Source: Podarcis vaucheri (lineage: Eukaryota). From it: a stretch of 64,000 nt of DNA. Both the position numbers and the translations under genes were made by a program. The notes under the pieces are model-generated. The model had not been told where the DNA came from and made no database searches. It worked only from the letters and a program-made list of their open reading frames with translations. Below are positions 1 to 14,360 of the stretch, one piece after another. How positions within the stretch are numbered: the first letter of the stretch is position 1; every line of letters starts with the position of its first letter. The stretch lies in the NCBI GenBank assembly GCA_965113315.1, contig OZ220372.1, one strand, 5' to 3'.

Positions 1-1084
1 TTTATTGTTGAGAACAAAACAAGTCCTTTGCATAGCATTTAATTTGAGCTAGGTTGCACTCAGACTCAGCCCCAGAAACCAGAATCTGATTCTGAGTGTA
101 TAAAATAATAAAACCTGGATTGCCACTGAGCATATTCAGAGTATCTTTTGCTCTTCCTTATCACAGTTCCACAAATCTGCTCTTGCTCCTCATAAAACCT
201 GGTTTCCAGGCAGCCTTAAGCACTTTTCTTCTTAGGCATTTATCCTTAGCTGAGCAAAACTACACAGAATGCCTGTGGCAATTCACAAAAGCAAGAGGCC
301 ATCTTGTGCCTTAGCCTTTCGCTAGGCAAGTAGGTAGGTCTTATTACTTTGCAATGAATGAGATTGAGCAATTTGCCCCCTGTCAGTTCAAGCATTATTC
401 CTTTTCCAGTCAGAGTTCAAACCCCCTTGCACAAATTGAGTCAGCACAGCTATTGCTATTGCTACTGTTATAGTTATAACTTTTGCTGTAGATAATTAGA
501 GTTTGTGGCTAAAGAGTGCTATTTATACTAATGCATTACTGGATCATGAGTAGTAGTTAAAACACTTGTTTTGAATGAGTAAATATCAGAGTATGAAATA
601 AACCTTAAGCACAAATACAGGTTGGCTTATGCATTTAGGCTGACAGCATCCAAGACCAATTCGTGGTCTCTGCTTTTAGTACCATACCTGAACTTCAAAT
701 GTTGCCAAACTTAAGGCATGTCTGTGAAACAAATCACATTGTGCTTATGTTCAACTGGCATAATTTTCTGCTTGCCTGTTTATATATGCATACAGCACAA
801 TGGTAGAGCATGGTGATTTGCATGTAGATGGTCTCAGGCTCAGTCCAGAATCAATGGCTAAGGAAATGCAAGGCTGGCTGAAAACATCTGCTATGGGATT
901 GCTTCCAGTCAGAGTAGATTGTACTGAGCAAAAGGGACTATTGCTCTTATTCAGCATTAGTTAGTCCTTATCTTTGCAAGGAGAGAAATCACAGTAAGCA
1001 GGTGATCCAGATGTTTTCCAGGTTCACTTCAGTTAAAAATTAGTGTTTTTAGGACAGCAAAAGACCACCTCTGAAAACACCCCC

Positions 1085-1767
1085 TTTTAACATATTTTTT
1101 ATTTAAAATTTCTTAGTTTACAAAAGTATGTGCAATGTCTCTTTTTTCAAGTTACATTTTCTACAGATCAGTTTCATTTGTTGAATTAGTGTTATATTAG
1201 GAAGAAAGGGGGGAAAGAGGTGGAGGGGTCCATGGTGAGTGAGGGTGGGGTCGGGTGGCAATATTTCTATTTTACTTAATGTATGTGGGGGTTTTGTGTC
1301 AACGTCGCTTGTGCAGGTTCTCTTTACTATTCACTTGTGTTCCTTTGGTGGTGAGAGAGGTTGGGGTTGGCCTAGGGTGTGCTTGTTTGTTTGTGATTGG
1401 CTGTGGTGAACTTTGTTTTCGTGTGTGAGTGGGGTGTGTGGGTGTTTTTGAATCAGGTTAGCCATATTGATTTGTATGCCGTTGGTGGATTCTTGTCGTT
1501 GTCTTGTTGGGCTGTGCATGTGATAAAAGGGAGCCATACCGGGGTGAAGGCGTCTTCTTCCATTTGTTAGTTTTTCTAATAAGGCTGTTTCCCATACTAT
1601 TTGGTACCATTGGTCCATGCTTACTCCTGACAGGTCTCTCCAGTGTCTGGCTATGATGTTTCTGGCTGCTGAGAGTAGGTGGGTTATGAGCTCTTTGTGA
1701 TGTGAGTGGGCATTATTGTCTTGGAAGATGTTTAGTAGGGCCAGTTCTGGGGTAACTTCTAAAACTT
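1085..1767 (-). mobile_element. 5'-truncated L1-clade LINE 3' end
   Basis: Minus strand reads LEVTPELALLNIF..LLSAARNIIARHWRD..MDQWYQIVW (L1-type ORF2 C-terminus), followed by a 3' UTR with an A-rich end. TSD-like tgaaaacaccc at 1072 and 1768. Confidence 0.8.
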
Positions 1768-2508
1768 TGAAAACACCCTTGTTCCATCTTTGTCATTTTT
1801 CAGTACTGTCCATAACCACTTTCTCCCTCTGCTTTCATATTCTTTGGTGGCCATTTTTCTTATTCTGCTTTATTTCTCCTCAGTAGCTCCCAGTAAAACT
1901 ATGATCACATATCAGATATAATCTCAGGATTATGCTATGCAGCCTAATCAGATGCGACTATTTGCTGATGCCATTAAGGGCAGATAAAACCTATTTAGAG
2001 TGAGGGTAGTGCAAGTTTCATGGAAGTCCAAAGCAATCTGAGATTTATTTATTTTTTTTAACTATCAGAGATCGTAAAATCTCTGTAGTCTTTCCAGTGC
2101 CTACAGAAAACTTTTCTTCTTTCAGCAAGTCTTTTAAAGTAGAGCTCTTTCCCATTCTTCCTCTGACTTGGAAATGTTTTTAGAGTTTTGATTGTTTTAT
2201 TGCTTGTATGTTGGCCACCCTTGGCTCCTTTGGGAGGAATGGTGAGATATAAATTAAATAAACAAACAAACATTTTTATAGCCTCTTTTCAACCATCTCT
2301 GAAAAATCATTGGAAAATGGGTTTTCTTTTGATTTGGATGAAGATGGGTTCCTTCTGAAACAGGTTCCCCTATTTTGGCTCAGCCCACATTATCTCTATG
2401 ACATTATCTCTATGATCAGGTAGAAGGCAATGATGAATCATTTACCCAAAGCATGATTAACAACTGCCAAGGCCACAATCCATTAATTTTACCAATTCCC
2501 TAAATATA

Positions 2509-2731
2509 CAATGGTACCTCGGGTTACAGACGCTTCAGGTTACAGATTCCGCTAACCCAGAAATAGTACCTCGGGTTAAGAACTTAGCTTCAGGATGAGA
2601 ACAGAAATCATGCGGTGGCGCGGCGGCAGCGGGAGGCCCCATTAGCTAAAGTGGTACCTCAGGTTAAGAACAGTTTCAGGTTAAGAACAGACCTCCAGAA
2701 CGAATTAAGTTCTTAACCCGAGGTACCACTG
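2509..2731 (+). mobile_element. Tigger/pogo-type MITE (~225 bp), family A
   Basis: TIRs CA(G/A)TGGTACCTCGGGTTA / TAACCCGAGGTACCACTG, TA target site. Same family at 57084, 58814 and 59254. Confidence 0.88.
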
Positions 2732-3795
2732 CAATAAGGCACTGTCCCACACCTATTGTCACCCAAACATTCAAGCACATATTCATATCATGTCAGGCCC
2801 TTGCTCAGACTATATAAAAGAACTTTCTGGCTATTAAAACAATTGTGGGTAGCCACATCCAAATATTATTGCAGCAATTCATTGTTGTTTCAGTCAATAT
2901 TGTGCTAGGAGAACTGAACATTTCAAACATTTCAAACTTTACTGCAGCAGCTAAGATAAAACCATGAACGATACTGGTGTTCCCCCAAATCAAAGAGGAC
3001 TTGTGAGCCAAAGTGGTGCCCTCACTGTAAAGGGGCCATTATTCACAACTGTGTAATGTGGGGTTTTATTAGGTAGGCAGCTGTGGTATTAACTATCCAT
3101 GTACTACAATTTTGGTAGTCCTGTGAACAATCTGTTTGACAAGTCAACAGCCAAACAATCATCCAGACATGATTACCTTACATCATGGCTCTTGAAACAT
3201 GATTTACTATTTCTTCTCTCCAACAAGCTATTTTCCTTAGTTCCATTAGATCTCATTGCATCTTGCTGACACCCCATTTCTGATACCTGACACAGCCAAG
3301 AGAATTGGGCTCTGAGCCCTCCGTGTATTGGTGCCAGAAGCTCAGGCGAGCTCTTCTAGCTAGTGCTGAAATGTAGCTGTGTCAGGAGGTGAGAGAGCAG
3401 GAGCATATGAAGTGCTCTAGGGATTATCTTATTTTGATCTGAGAACTGCACCAAATCTAGCTTAATCAGAAGAATAAGCATTTTTTTAAAAAATGTACCT
3501 TATATTGGGATATAAGTGACATCACAAAACAAAGTACATCTTTATATACAGTTAGTCCCGGGTTAAATCCTGGCATTTGTGTCATATTTTGAACCTGTGT
3601 GAGCACAATACTAGAGTAGCAGACAGAACTTGGGAACAAGACCTTTTATGTAGTCAGAATATTGATCCACTAGCTCAGTATTGCCTACACTGACTTGCAG
3701 CTGAGACATTTGCAGCCAAATAAACGTTGTGGATGTGTCAAATAAACCTTAACAGACAGCCAGGGATATTCTTTTATCTTTATCCTCTTCCTTGT

Positions 3796-3934
3796 CAGCG
3801 TGGGGGGTGCAGGGGGGGCCGGCTGCACTGGGCGCAACATCTGGGGGTTAGGGTTAGGGGGCGCAAATCCACGGGTTAGGGGGCGCAAATTACTTGCATT
3901 GCCCCGGGTGCTGACAACCCACGCTACGCCACTG
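3796..3934. mobile_element. Short non-autonomous hAT element
   Basis: Perfect 8-bp TSD ttccttgt (3788-3795, 3935-3942), CAG...CTG ends, GC-rich interior. Confidence 0.8.
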
Positions 3935-4549
3935 TTCCTTGTATATACAAAAGAAGTAGAGAAGCTTGTTCAGGAATAAGTAATCAGTTAAGCAGCCTTA
4001 TAACTGAAACTTAGTATTTTGGGGGGGGGCTCCAAACTCAATATGTTTTCGATGAACAGCCATCTGTTGTAGGAAACTACTTTAATTATCCCTAAGAATA
4101 ACAAATTCTTCCATATATGTGACTTTATTTACATATCGGTGGGTAAGGTGTCTCTGATTTAAGGAAAAACTGAAGTCACACTGAATAGTGACATTGTTCC
4201 CTATTAACCCATAAAATGAAGATCAGAGGACTGAAATCAGATTCTCGTTAAAAAATAATACAATAGGTTATCATTTAAAATCCAGATCACCTATAGGCTT
4301 CTCTTTGCAGTTTGTTATTGTCGTAACCTCTCACATCTAACAGCATCCATATAGTTTGGCCAGTTTTCACTTGGGATGGGGTGAATTTTTGAAAAATGGG
4401 GCTTGAAAATGTGAACCCTCTTTAAATAGGGAAGACTCAATTATTTATTTATTACCTGCCCTTCACCCTAAGGCCCCAGGGTAGGTTACAGCATTAAAAT
4501 GCAATATTAAATACAATTTAAAACAACTTACAATCATAGGTCCTAAAAA

Positions 4550-4980
4550 CATCTCTTCTCCAGGCATAATATGCCCAACTCCTTCACCAGTTCCTCATAG
4601 GACTAGATCTCCAGGTGCCTTCACCATCTTGGGCACATTGCAGTTTGTCAATATTCTTCTTAAACTATGGTACCCAGAACTGGATGCATTACACCAGGTG
4701 AGGTCTAACCAAATCAGATTAGAGCAGTACCGCTGCTTCTCACAATATGGACGGTATACATCTCTTGATGCAATCAGGATATGCCCTTTTTTCACTCCAT
4801 CACATTGCTGGCTCATGTTTAGCTTGTGGTTCACTAAAGTTCAACTCCTATATCCTTTTCCCATGAGTTGCTTTTGAGCCAAGTGTCACCGGTGTATTTG
4901 TGCACTGGCTTCTTCCTATCTAAATGCAGATGTTTACATATATCTCAGCTGAAAATAATTTTGCCATTTTGGCCTAGTTA
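4550..4980 (-). mobile_element. Decayed CR1 LINE ORF2 fragment
   Basis: HKLNMSQQCD..KK motif on the minus strand, with frameshifted LVRPHL/CIQFW-like sequence downstream. Confidence 0.75.
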
Positions 4981-7900
4981 TCTTTGGAAGATGTGAATTT
5001 TGCTCAGAGGTTCACAGAGGAAGTTTGAAGTTCCTTAGGAAATATTATGGTTCAGGTCCAGAAACCTGATTTAGCAAATATTCTTATCTGGTTATCACAC
5101 AGCAACTGCATGGATTACAATTTGCCATAAGCAGTGCATCATAATCCTGGTCAATAGTTGGACATCTGTAAATGTCTGATGGCTCCTAAGAATTCAGGAA
5201 ACATTGTGCCAATGTATATTTTATCCCAAAAGGGAATCAACTTGAGCTCCTCTCCTCTCTTGGTTTAATGAATATTCTGCTCTGTTTAAATAGCTGATAT
5301 ACCAGATCCTTAAAGAGAATCGGGCTAAGGTGACAACAATTCCAGCTTCCTTTCAGAGATAATATTTCTTTATTTCTGGCTGTGCATGAAGACTATTGTT
5401 CTGTAAAGATTCCTGTATTATTATTGTAGTCTTGAGTAACTCTTGGCACAGAAAATTGGCATTGAAACCTCGGCAAAGAAATAAGCTCTAAGGCTTTCTG
5501 CAGTATTGGTGCAAGGGTTGAATAGCCTGTGAAAAATATTCCCACTTGGATGGAACAAAAGAGAGAGAGAAAAGAGCAGGCTTGTTACCCTTTTCTATTG
5601 AACTTACAAATCTGGAACTTGTGGTGTCTGATTACTATAGGCACTGATGTGTCATTGAGTGGTGGAACTATCAACATGATTCAAAGTATGTACAGTAGGA
5701 GAACCCAGTTCAAGTCACTGGAGGGCCATAAAGTCACATAAAGGCCTTTGGCAGCAAGTTGCAATTTCTGAACATTTTCTCATTGATGCTAATGCTATAA
5801 TTCAGTGGTTCCCAATTGGCTAAGTAATGCGGACCCCCTATTTTGATATCTCTATGGTAGTATTTGTTATGTGAATGGTGCCATGGACCCCCTGGGTGGG
5901 TTACAGGGACCCTCTGGCAAGGGAGATCTGGATGCAGAAGCAGAAACCCACTCTCATAGGATACCAGTGTGCACCTGGAGACTAACTCACCCCTGCATTG
6001 CAGTATTCATTGAATGAAGCCCTATTAAGCTGACTGGATTAGTTTTTCAGTGCAAATACTTACCCGCTAGTTGTTGCACTGCAGCTAAACTGGGTTCAAT
6101 CACTCCTCATGGTAGGGCACTAGTAGATTAAAGGGCATGTAGGAGTAAGGTGCTCTAAAGTAGCATCACATGCCAGTTTATGTCCTGGTTGCTACTTGTC
6201 CACATATAATGGCAGGTTGAACACCGACTCCTGCAGTAATGCAACACTGACCTGGGCAGGACATATATTTTTTGTTTTTCTTGTCATAAAGCTACAGGGG
6301 TGGATAAAAAATTCAGCTGTTGACTTTCTTCATGGCATGCAATTTTAAAATCACAGGAGACCTGGTTGGCAAAAAGAGAGAGCAACTCTGCGGTGGAGTC
6401 CTGGATTCTTCTGGCTCACATGCCATGTTTTTCACATGCTTACACTTAAAGAAGCATACAGGGTCAGCCTTAGAGAAGCATAAGCATGCTTTTTTCAGTC
6501 CCACCAATTCCACAATGAGGCTTCATGCTCATTTTACGCCTTGTGTGGTGCAAAACATCAATATTCTATTAAAGAATATGGATCCTCCTCTGCTGTGATG
6601 ATAGTGAACACTCTCCATATTCTGGGAGCAGCCACTGAGAAGGCCCTTTCCCTCATCCCCACCAAGTGTACCTGGGCAGATGTGTGTTGTTTTATGGAAA
6701 TTGCATGGAATCTTAGCTCATTCTTTTTTTAAAAAATGACGTTATAAAACCATACAATAAACAGGAGGAAGCATCAGAAAAATATCTAGTCAGATCATAT
6801 GTGAAAAGAGTCATTCGCCAGCCTGCAACACAGCCCTGCTGCAAAGTTAAACAGACTTCCCGATAATCAGTCATTTATTCTACACTTTTTAGTTCATTTC
6901 CCCATATTTTCCTGATGACAAAAAGTCATTTTTTAAAGTGGATTTCTTGTTCCCAAGCAGCATAGCACTTTAATCAAATTTAATTGCAAAAACCTAAATT
7001 TCCAGTATGTGATCGAATTGTTCTCATAAAATACTGATGTTCTGAAGGCAACATACAACATGAGAAAAATACATTTTGCCTTTCCATTGATAGTATACCT
7101 GAAAAATGTTGCGTTTAATGAAATTCCATAATGCATGTTTCCCTTAGACACACAGAACGACATGTTTCCCCACTCTGTAATCTTTGTCTTAGAACTGAGT
7201 TGTGACTTCTTTTCTAGTGGGGCTCCTATGCCACAATGACAGGAAGATGTGCCTTATATTATAGTACTTTTGCCTATCACACAGTATAAACTGCACAGGT
7301 GCCTTCCCAGAAAAAAGTGGCGTCTGTATTTGGATTTTTAGCAGGTTTTTTGCAACCTTTCACAGGAGAGTCTGGTGCAATTATCTTGCTAAAAGCATGT
7401 TTTTAAGTAGGGGAGGAAACCACATTGAGTGCTGGCACCATTCTGGGAATATTATTATTATTCTCCAAACTGTTGGTCTCTGAAACCATTTCTTTAAAAG
7501 CTTCTAGTAAAATACATTATACAAATGTATGTCTTTGTAGTAAAGCCATATTCTCTTACTCTAAGTGAACATGCAATTGTGCAATTTACATCCAAGTCAA
7601 TATTATTATTATGAATACCATTCCTCAAACAACCACTGAATTCTGAGGATTTCCCCTGTGGGTGATGTATGTACCTGTCAAATGGAAATATACTCTGATG
7701 CCAGGGTTTCAGCAATATTGGAAAGTCCATTTTTCTATTTCTGTTGTTGACTGTAAGGAATAAGCACACGCTTTCCTCAAGAAGCCAATTAGGTGTCAAT
7801 ATTTAGGAAGGTGTTGCATGGTGTAAGGCAGGAAGACAACAAATGTTGGTAGGGCCTGGTGGTGAATAACAGGGAAGCTAGAGTCAGAGCCAAACCACAA

Positions 7901-10900
7901 AGAGCCCACCTGCTCAGAAAATATATGGGAGTGACTGATTTTTAACATGAGTTATTGACAGGGGTATGAATGTGGCATAAACCACATTCCTGGCAACACT
8001 TGAAATTTATTAGGTGTTGTAGGTATCCCATGCCAGCCATCACCTTTGCAAAAATCTGCCTTAGAGAGCAATAGGAAGGCAGGAACCTTCAGTCTTCACA
8101 ATTGCTTCATTGAGGCAAGACCTACTGGGAAGGGCTGCTGTGACCACTAGGACTGAGTGGTTTTGTTTATTTGAATAAAGCATTAACTTCACTGGCATTG
8201 GGTGCTTCATTGTTTTATTGCTGACCTATGCCTGACTCCTGTTCCTGACAGCACCTGGAACACAGTCTTCTCCACAAGGCTGAGATGTGATTCCAATTAA
8301 ATTAGGGCAGTTATTTCAAAATTTGTACATAAACATTTAAATCAACATATGAAAAAAAATTGGGGTGCCTTTTGTGATGCATGTCCTCTTTTGCGGGTGA
8401 TATATAAATACCTACCCTGCTCTGGAGTGCAGCTATCTGAATGCCAGGGACCAGGGGCATCAAAATAAATGCTGGAGGGTGATCTTGCAATACAAAACAG
8501 TTTTCATCTTTATTGCCGTCCCCTGTGAAGTTCCTGTAAAGGGAGAGCATTTCATGGGGGAGAAAATATTCATGAAATGTGCGTACCCAATAGCATTTGA
8601 GCTCATTCTTATTGGAGAATAGAAAGAGAGAAGACTGTTCTATTGCCTGCTGATGACACAACTGTCCAAACAGAGTAGGGAGAGCTGTTGGGTGGTAATG
8701 ATACTGCTGCCACTTTTCCTGCACTGAGAGCTTGATTTTTATTGAGTAACACATTTTGGGAGGTTTCTTCCAGGTGAAAGGCCACATATTTTCATCAGAC
8801 TTAATATATATTTTTTCTCATCTTACATTATCCAAGTTACGATAATAAAACAGTTCAGGAGGAGGGTATGGAGGCCAGAAAGACACCTGGGACATAGATA
8901 TAGATATAGATATCCAGTTTGGAAGAAAGGGTACTAAACTAGAACTGAATTTAAATGAATGCTAATCATAGCTAACCCATACTGAACTGAACCAATACTG
9001 AATTTATCCGTTCAACTTCCTGTGAAGGACTGGGTATAAGCAACTCTTCAGCTTTATGTTTTCACCACCATCCTATTAAAGTTGGCTTTATATTTCCTCC
9101 ATTTTAATTGTATTCAATGATGGATTTTATGTGAAGTCCCAAAATGGATTTGTTTTGTTAGTTCATCTCCTCTGTGGCATATTAACGTTTCAATTACCAA
9201 AATTATCATATTACCTCAGCTCTAAAAGAGAGAAGAGTGAAGGGACAAGTGTGTATATACAACTGAATGCATCATCAAACATTAATTTGTTGATAACATT
9301 ATTACTTAATGCTTTATTATGGGTTTTATTATCATCTCTGCTTTGATCTTTATGGAAATGTGTGTACTTAAGAATGGTTGACATGACTGGAGATGGTGTG
9401 TATGCTGGGTAGGGTTCAGGCTTTATTTGGGGATCTTTCTGTGATTCAGCCTTGAGGCCTGAGATGTTTTGTGTGCTTTCTACAAGAAGGGAATGGAAAT
9501 AGACTCTTAAGTTGAACTTAGCCCAAGGAAAACAATTTTTTCAAGCAGTGTTTTAATCATCCAGAAAATTTCTCATGGCTGCAAATAGCAGCTTTAAATA
9601 GGAATAGTTTTCGAGCCATTAGATGCTTCCTCACGACAAGAGGGCTAAACAGAACAAACAGAGATGACACATCATGCAAAGCAAGAGTAAGGAGGAATTC
9701 TGAACATTTAAGCATAAAATAAACACCCCTTGGTTTAATTAATTTTAAAGCATGAATCAACCTTGGAGAAAGGATGTCACAAGAAACTACAACAGGCTAT
9801 GACCATAACCATACCAGATGCTGAATATTCACAGAATAAACATCTATTTTTATTGCCTATATTTTAAATTTTCTTTTACAATGAAATTTCATTATTAAAA
9901 GGGGGAAATTATATGACTATGTTCAGGTAAAGGAGAATCTGGGAATATTCATAGTTAAAAAAGGAATATTTTTTATTATTCTTTGCTCTCATGGATTCAG
10001 AGGAAAGTATGAATACTTCTGAGTAGATTTAATTAAATATTTATGACAGTTTGCTATAATGCTTTTTATATTTGTCAGCCAATTTCCAGGTACAAAGTAA
10101 ATGCAAACAGCATCATTTATGAATGCGGCACATGTGTATAAATTGCAACTGATAGCAAAAGACTTGCAACTGGTAGCCTGATCCTTCCCATGCCACTGCT
10201 TGTGCTTATCTAGCTGGCGTTTATAAACATGGGATTGTGTCCAGCTAAGTTTTACTCAGAGGAGACCCATTGGAATTAATGAACTGAAGTTAGTTATGAT
10301 TATTCATTTCAGTGGGACTACTCTGAGTTGGACTAGCTCTGGACACAACACATGTGTGCCATTTGCACATAAGAATAGCCTTTTTCACATGGACTTCCAA
10401 CCATCTCAACCGAATGCTTAGAGAAAAAACTGCATCATGCCATTGTCTGTATTCCTGACATCCAAACATTAACTATACTTTTATGCAAGGAGACTACAAG
10501 AGTTCAAATTATATTTGCATAGGACAGCTCCACATGGTTGGAAACGCTATATAAAGTAAACCCCACAATTGTGTGAGGAGGGGCTACATGCATACTACTT
10601 GCAAGCATCCAGGCTGTGTTGTACACAGGCCTATAATAAGCATGTGGAAGTTGAGGGCAAGATTAATAGTGAAATCCTGCTCTCCCCCCCCCCCATGCAT
10701 TAAGACCACATGGTTGGAAGATCACATGAAAAGAGCTATACTTTGCATGTATTTTGTGCTGGGAATCAGACCCGTGATGTACAGTGCAAAGTAAGAAGAT
10801 GTTATTAAAATCCAGAGGGGGGCTACTGGAGCTCCCAGTAGTCAGATGTCTTCAGTCTGCTTCATTCCTAGTTAGTTGCTTACTGTGCCTCCATCCCCAG

Positions 10901-12429
10901 CCTTTGTTTCTTGATTCTACACAATTGTTGTTTCTAATGCTTTGTGAGTGATTCATAAATGAAATGAATAAATAATTTTATGAAGGGAGAATTGGACTAA
11001 ACAATTCTTTAGTCTTCAAACTCTATGCAAATATATTTTGCAGCCAAGAACATCTGCTATGTTGGTATCTTTTTGTACCCATTTCCTCCTTGCCACCACT
11101 ACTTTCATATGGACTGAATAGTTAAGTGATTAGATTTCATGGATGCTGTGAAAAATGCATCAAAAATTTAAATCAGAACAGGACTAGCTTTTCCCATCCC
11201 TGTTTGGAAGCACGGTAATTGTTGAATCACATCCTATGCTTACTTGCTTACAGGGGGTAATTAACTCTTGAGAATTTTTATTTTATCTGATAACACATAC
11301 CATAACACCACAAACAGAATAATATGGAACAAACTGCATAAATGATAAAAAAGCAAACAGGCTGGCTCCATTCAAGTACTTCCCTGATTAAGGAGATCTA
11401 CACGCTTACACAGGTTTCCATGTTTGTATCACTTTCTGGATCAGGAACAATGAGTATAAATCTAACGCACATTTGAATGTAGACATCTGTGTATTCTGAT
11501 AATGCATCTCTACTGCATTATTTTCAACAAATGCATCCCAATTTTGGCTCAGCTAGTTGCACTCCCATATCTTTTCAGTCTACAACTAGAGTTAGATTGG
11601 GGTGAGATTCTGCCAGCTCAACAGGTTAGCCTCAGTGCCTGAGGACTATCAATGATGTTGTTTATTGATTTCTGTGGTCAGCTTTAATGGTTGGCAACTC
11701 TTGGGAATTCTCTCTTTCCCAAAATGCTTGTAGAGGCTATTTGTGTTCTTTATTCATTAATGGTTCTAAATTATTTAATCTTCCAGTGTGGTTGCTGCAG
11801 GCAGATGTGAAGTTCTTGTTCTACACCCTAAATTGGAAAGCCAGCAGGGAGAATCTATTAAACTTCTCTGTCCAAATAATGATTGATATGTATGGTATTT
11901 GCTACCTCATACTATTTTGCCATGTTCAGGTATATTTCTTTTGGGTCTAAGGTCAGACTTGTGTTTATGTTTTATACATTTCTGAAAAAGTGGTGGCTTA
12001 AGATCACTGATCCCATTTTCACTAGTTTAGGAAGTGTATGGTCTGTATTTGCTTTGGGTTTTTCTCAAGATGATCAGTGAAATTATCAGAGCATTTTCTA
12101 TTTCCAGTTCTTTTACCTTCACCCAAGCCTTGGATTGCTTATGACCAAGAAGTGATGGGAGATCCCTACCTAGCTTGGGTGGACTAGCTCCAGGCCTTGG
12201 GCTTGCTCTGCAATGGCTCATGCAGTCTTAACCCACCCACTCCCTCCAGTGCAGTTGCTGAGCTCTGCACGAGCAGCAAATGCATGTCAACTTGGACTAA
12301 GAAATAGACTTGAGTAAAATACTTCTCTCTGCAAATGTGCAGAATCCCCCCTTTTTATTTTGAGCTGTAGAAGAAATCTGCCAGAAATAATGTTCAAATT
12401 GTCCTGCTTCCAGGCATTATGAACTAGGC

Positions 12430-12537
12430 CAGGGATGGGGAATCTGCTGTTGAATTCTAACTCCCATCAACCCCAGCAATAATGTCCAGTCGTCAAAGAT
12501 GATGGTGGTTGTAGTAGTCACAGGTTCCCCATCCCTG
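12430..12537. mobile_element. Palindromic ~130-bp hAT-like MITE, family P
   Basis: Ends CAGGGATGGGGAA / TTCCCCATCCCTG, internal actcccatca..gatgatgg. Degenerate copies at ~12685, 27714, 30440, 47791, 48085, 52370, 56510 and 63075. Confidence 0.65.
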
Positions 12538-12889
12538 ACTTAAACAAGCACACTATATGAATAGGAAAGGAGATATGTTTTTATAATTGCTTCTGTAATT
12601 TAGTAACTAGCTAGTTTTTCTTGCAGCAAAAACAGTACAATGTCTTCTTGCTCGAGGCATGAGTGTTCATATGCAGCATTGCAACAACCAGATGCTGTTG
12701 GATTGCAGTCCCCATCAACCCCATCTGGCATAGCCAGTGGTCAAGGATCGTGGAAGTTGTAATCTAGCAATATTTTTGCTTTGGTATATGTAGGAAGTAT
12801 GTGGAAAGCAGCCCTTATACATGGACCAGTGATTCAAGAATTTGCCTCAGAATTAATCAGCAATTATCCTTCTACATCTTACATCAGTA

Positions 12890-12990
12890 AACAGTTTCCA
12901 GAGGGGGTAGCCATGTCTGTTGCAGTAAAAACAACTAAGAATCTTGTGGCACTTTAAAGACTAACTATTTTCTATAGCACAAACTTTGGC
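12890..12990 (-). mobile_element. Old Penelope-like pLTR/tail remnant
   Basis: ccagagggggtagccatgtctgttgcag..tggcactttaaagactaac resembles 57545-57630. Confidence 0.45.
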
Positions 12991-13949
12991 ACTAGACTCT
13001 GTGTATTTTTAAAAAAAAACAGTGGAGAAATCCCAAACCAATCACCTTAAAACAATTTAAAAAGTAAAAAGGAAGACTGAGTGTTAATACAAATAAATGC
13101 TTTTATATGTTCTTTGCCTACACTGAAGGGATGACTTAAGCTTTCTTCAGAAATAGTATTTGAGAGAGAATATTTTCATCCTATCTTTTTCCAGATTGAG
13201 GAGGACCTGGACTCCCTAGCTTTTATGTGTGTGTTTCAACTAGTTGCAGACGCTAAGTTAATAGCACTTCTTGTACTTTAAACAAACAAAGGTTTCTTGA
13301 GAATTCAACTGAACAGGAAAACACATCTGATGAGGCGGATGAAATTAAACAGACTCCCTTCCCAGACTTGGATTTTCAGAGGCACAGAGGTCAAATTGTT
13401 GTTAGAATTAATTGACAGCTTTGAAAATGCAATTGTAACAAAACAAAATGAAAGAAGGATGCCAGCTACCTGGCCAGTTTTAAACTTGCTTGGCTATTTC
13501 TTTTTTGTGTTTTTTATAGGATATGTTTGGAGGAAAGAACATTACTCCTTCTCTAGGCCAGTTTAGTATAAGTCACCATATTGAGGCTTAACCAAAGAAT
13601 TTGATTGCCTGTACTTCTTTACATACAGTATTAATTTATGGAATACACTGCCACAAGCTTAGGTGCCTCAGACCATGGCGGACAGGTCTACCAGTTCAGC
13701 CGGAAGTGACTCAGTGCTAATAAACCAACTGAACAAAAGTCCAGATGCCTGAATCACTGCTGCTAATTTTTTTGTACCAGTGGAAAGTTAGCTTGGCAAA
13801 GCTTGATTGAGGCTGTCCCAACAAGCATATATTTTGATGTTTCCTCATCAGCCATGGATAATAATTTTACCCATTAGTTTTAAAAATGGCCCCACATTTC
13901 CACTCATAATTATTTTCTGCTATTAATGAAATTAGGGTTGTTTATATCT

Positions 13950-14360
13950 TATTTATTTATAAAAGTATTTAAATACCACAAAATCACAAAACATATCAAA
14001 GCAGTTTACAACATCAAAAATATAGAAACCTTGCAATAAAAGCATAAAAACAATTTTAAAAGTTTTAAATTTAAAAACAAACATCAATAAACCATTGTGG
14101 GAGTTGTACTCTTAATTGTCTGCATATGCCCGGTGGAATAAAAAATCAGGCATTTAAAAGTTGGCGCAGAAGGCGCCAACTGAGTCTCTATTAGCAGAGT
14201 ATTCCACAGGACTGGGCCGATGACACTAAAGGTTCAGTTACTTGTTGTTGTCAAACAAGCCTCACAAACATGGGAAATGACCAGCATGGGAAATGACCAG
14301 CAATGTCCCTGCAGATGATCTCAGTGATCAAGTTGGGATATAAGAGCTCAGGCAATCATT
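13950..14360 (-). mobile_element. Old L2 LINE 3' fragment
   Basis: A-rich (on +) 3' UTR followed by degenerate ttccacaggactgggcc..aaagg, similar to the ORF2 end of the young L2 copies. Confidence 0.55.

Noticed and set aside
3843-3885. Interstitial telomere
   Set aside because: Only 2-3 TTAGGG units, inside a TSD-bounded hAT element.
8311-8787. 158-aa minus-strand ORF, the longest non-TE ORF
   Set aside because: No domain or motif recognised, non-ATG start, within chance expectation.
14269-14302. Short tandem duplications (16 bp here, 14 bp at ~2387-2414, ~14 bp at ~29915-29945)
   Set aside because: Ordinary slippage duplications with no further structure.
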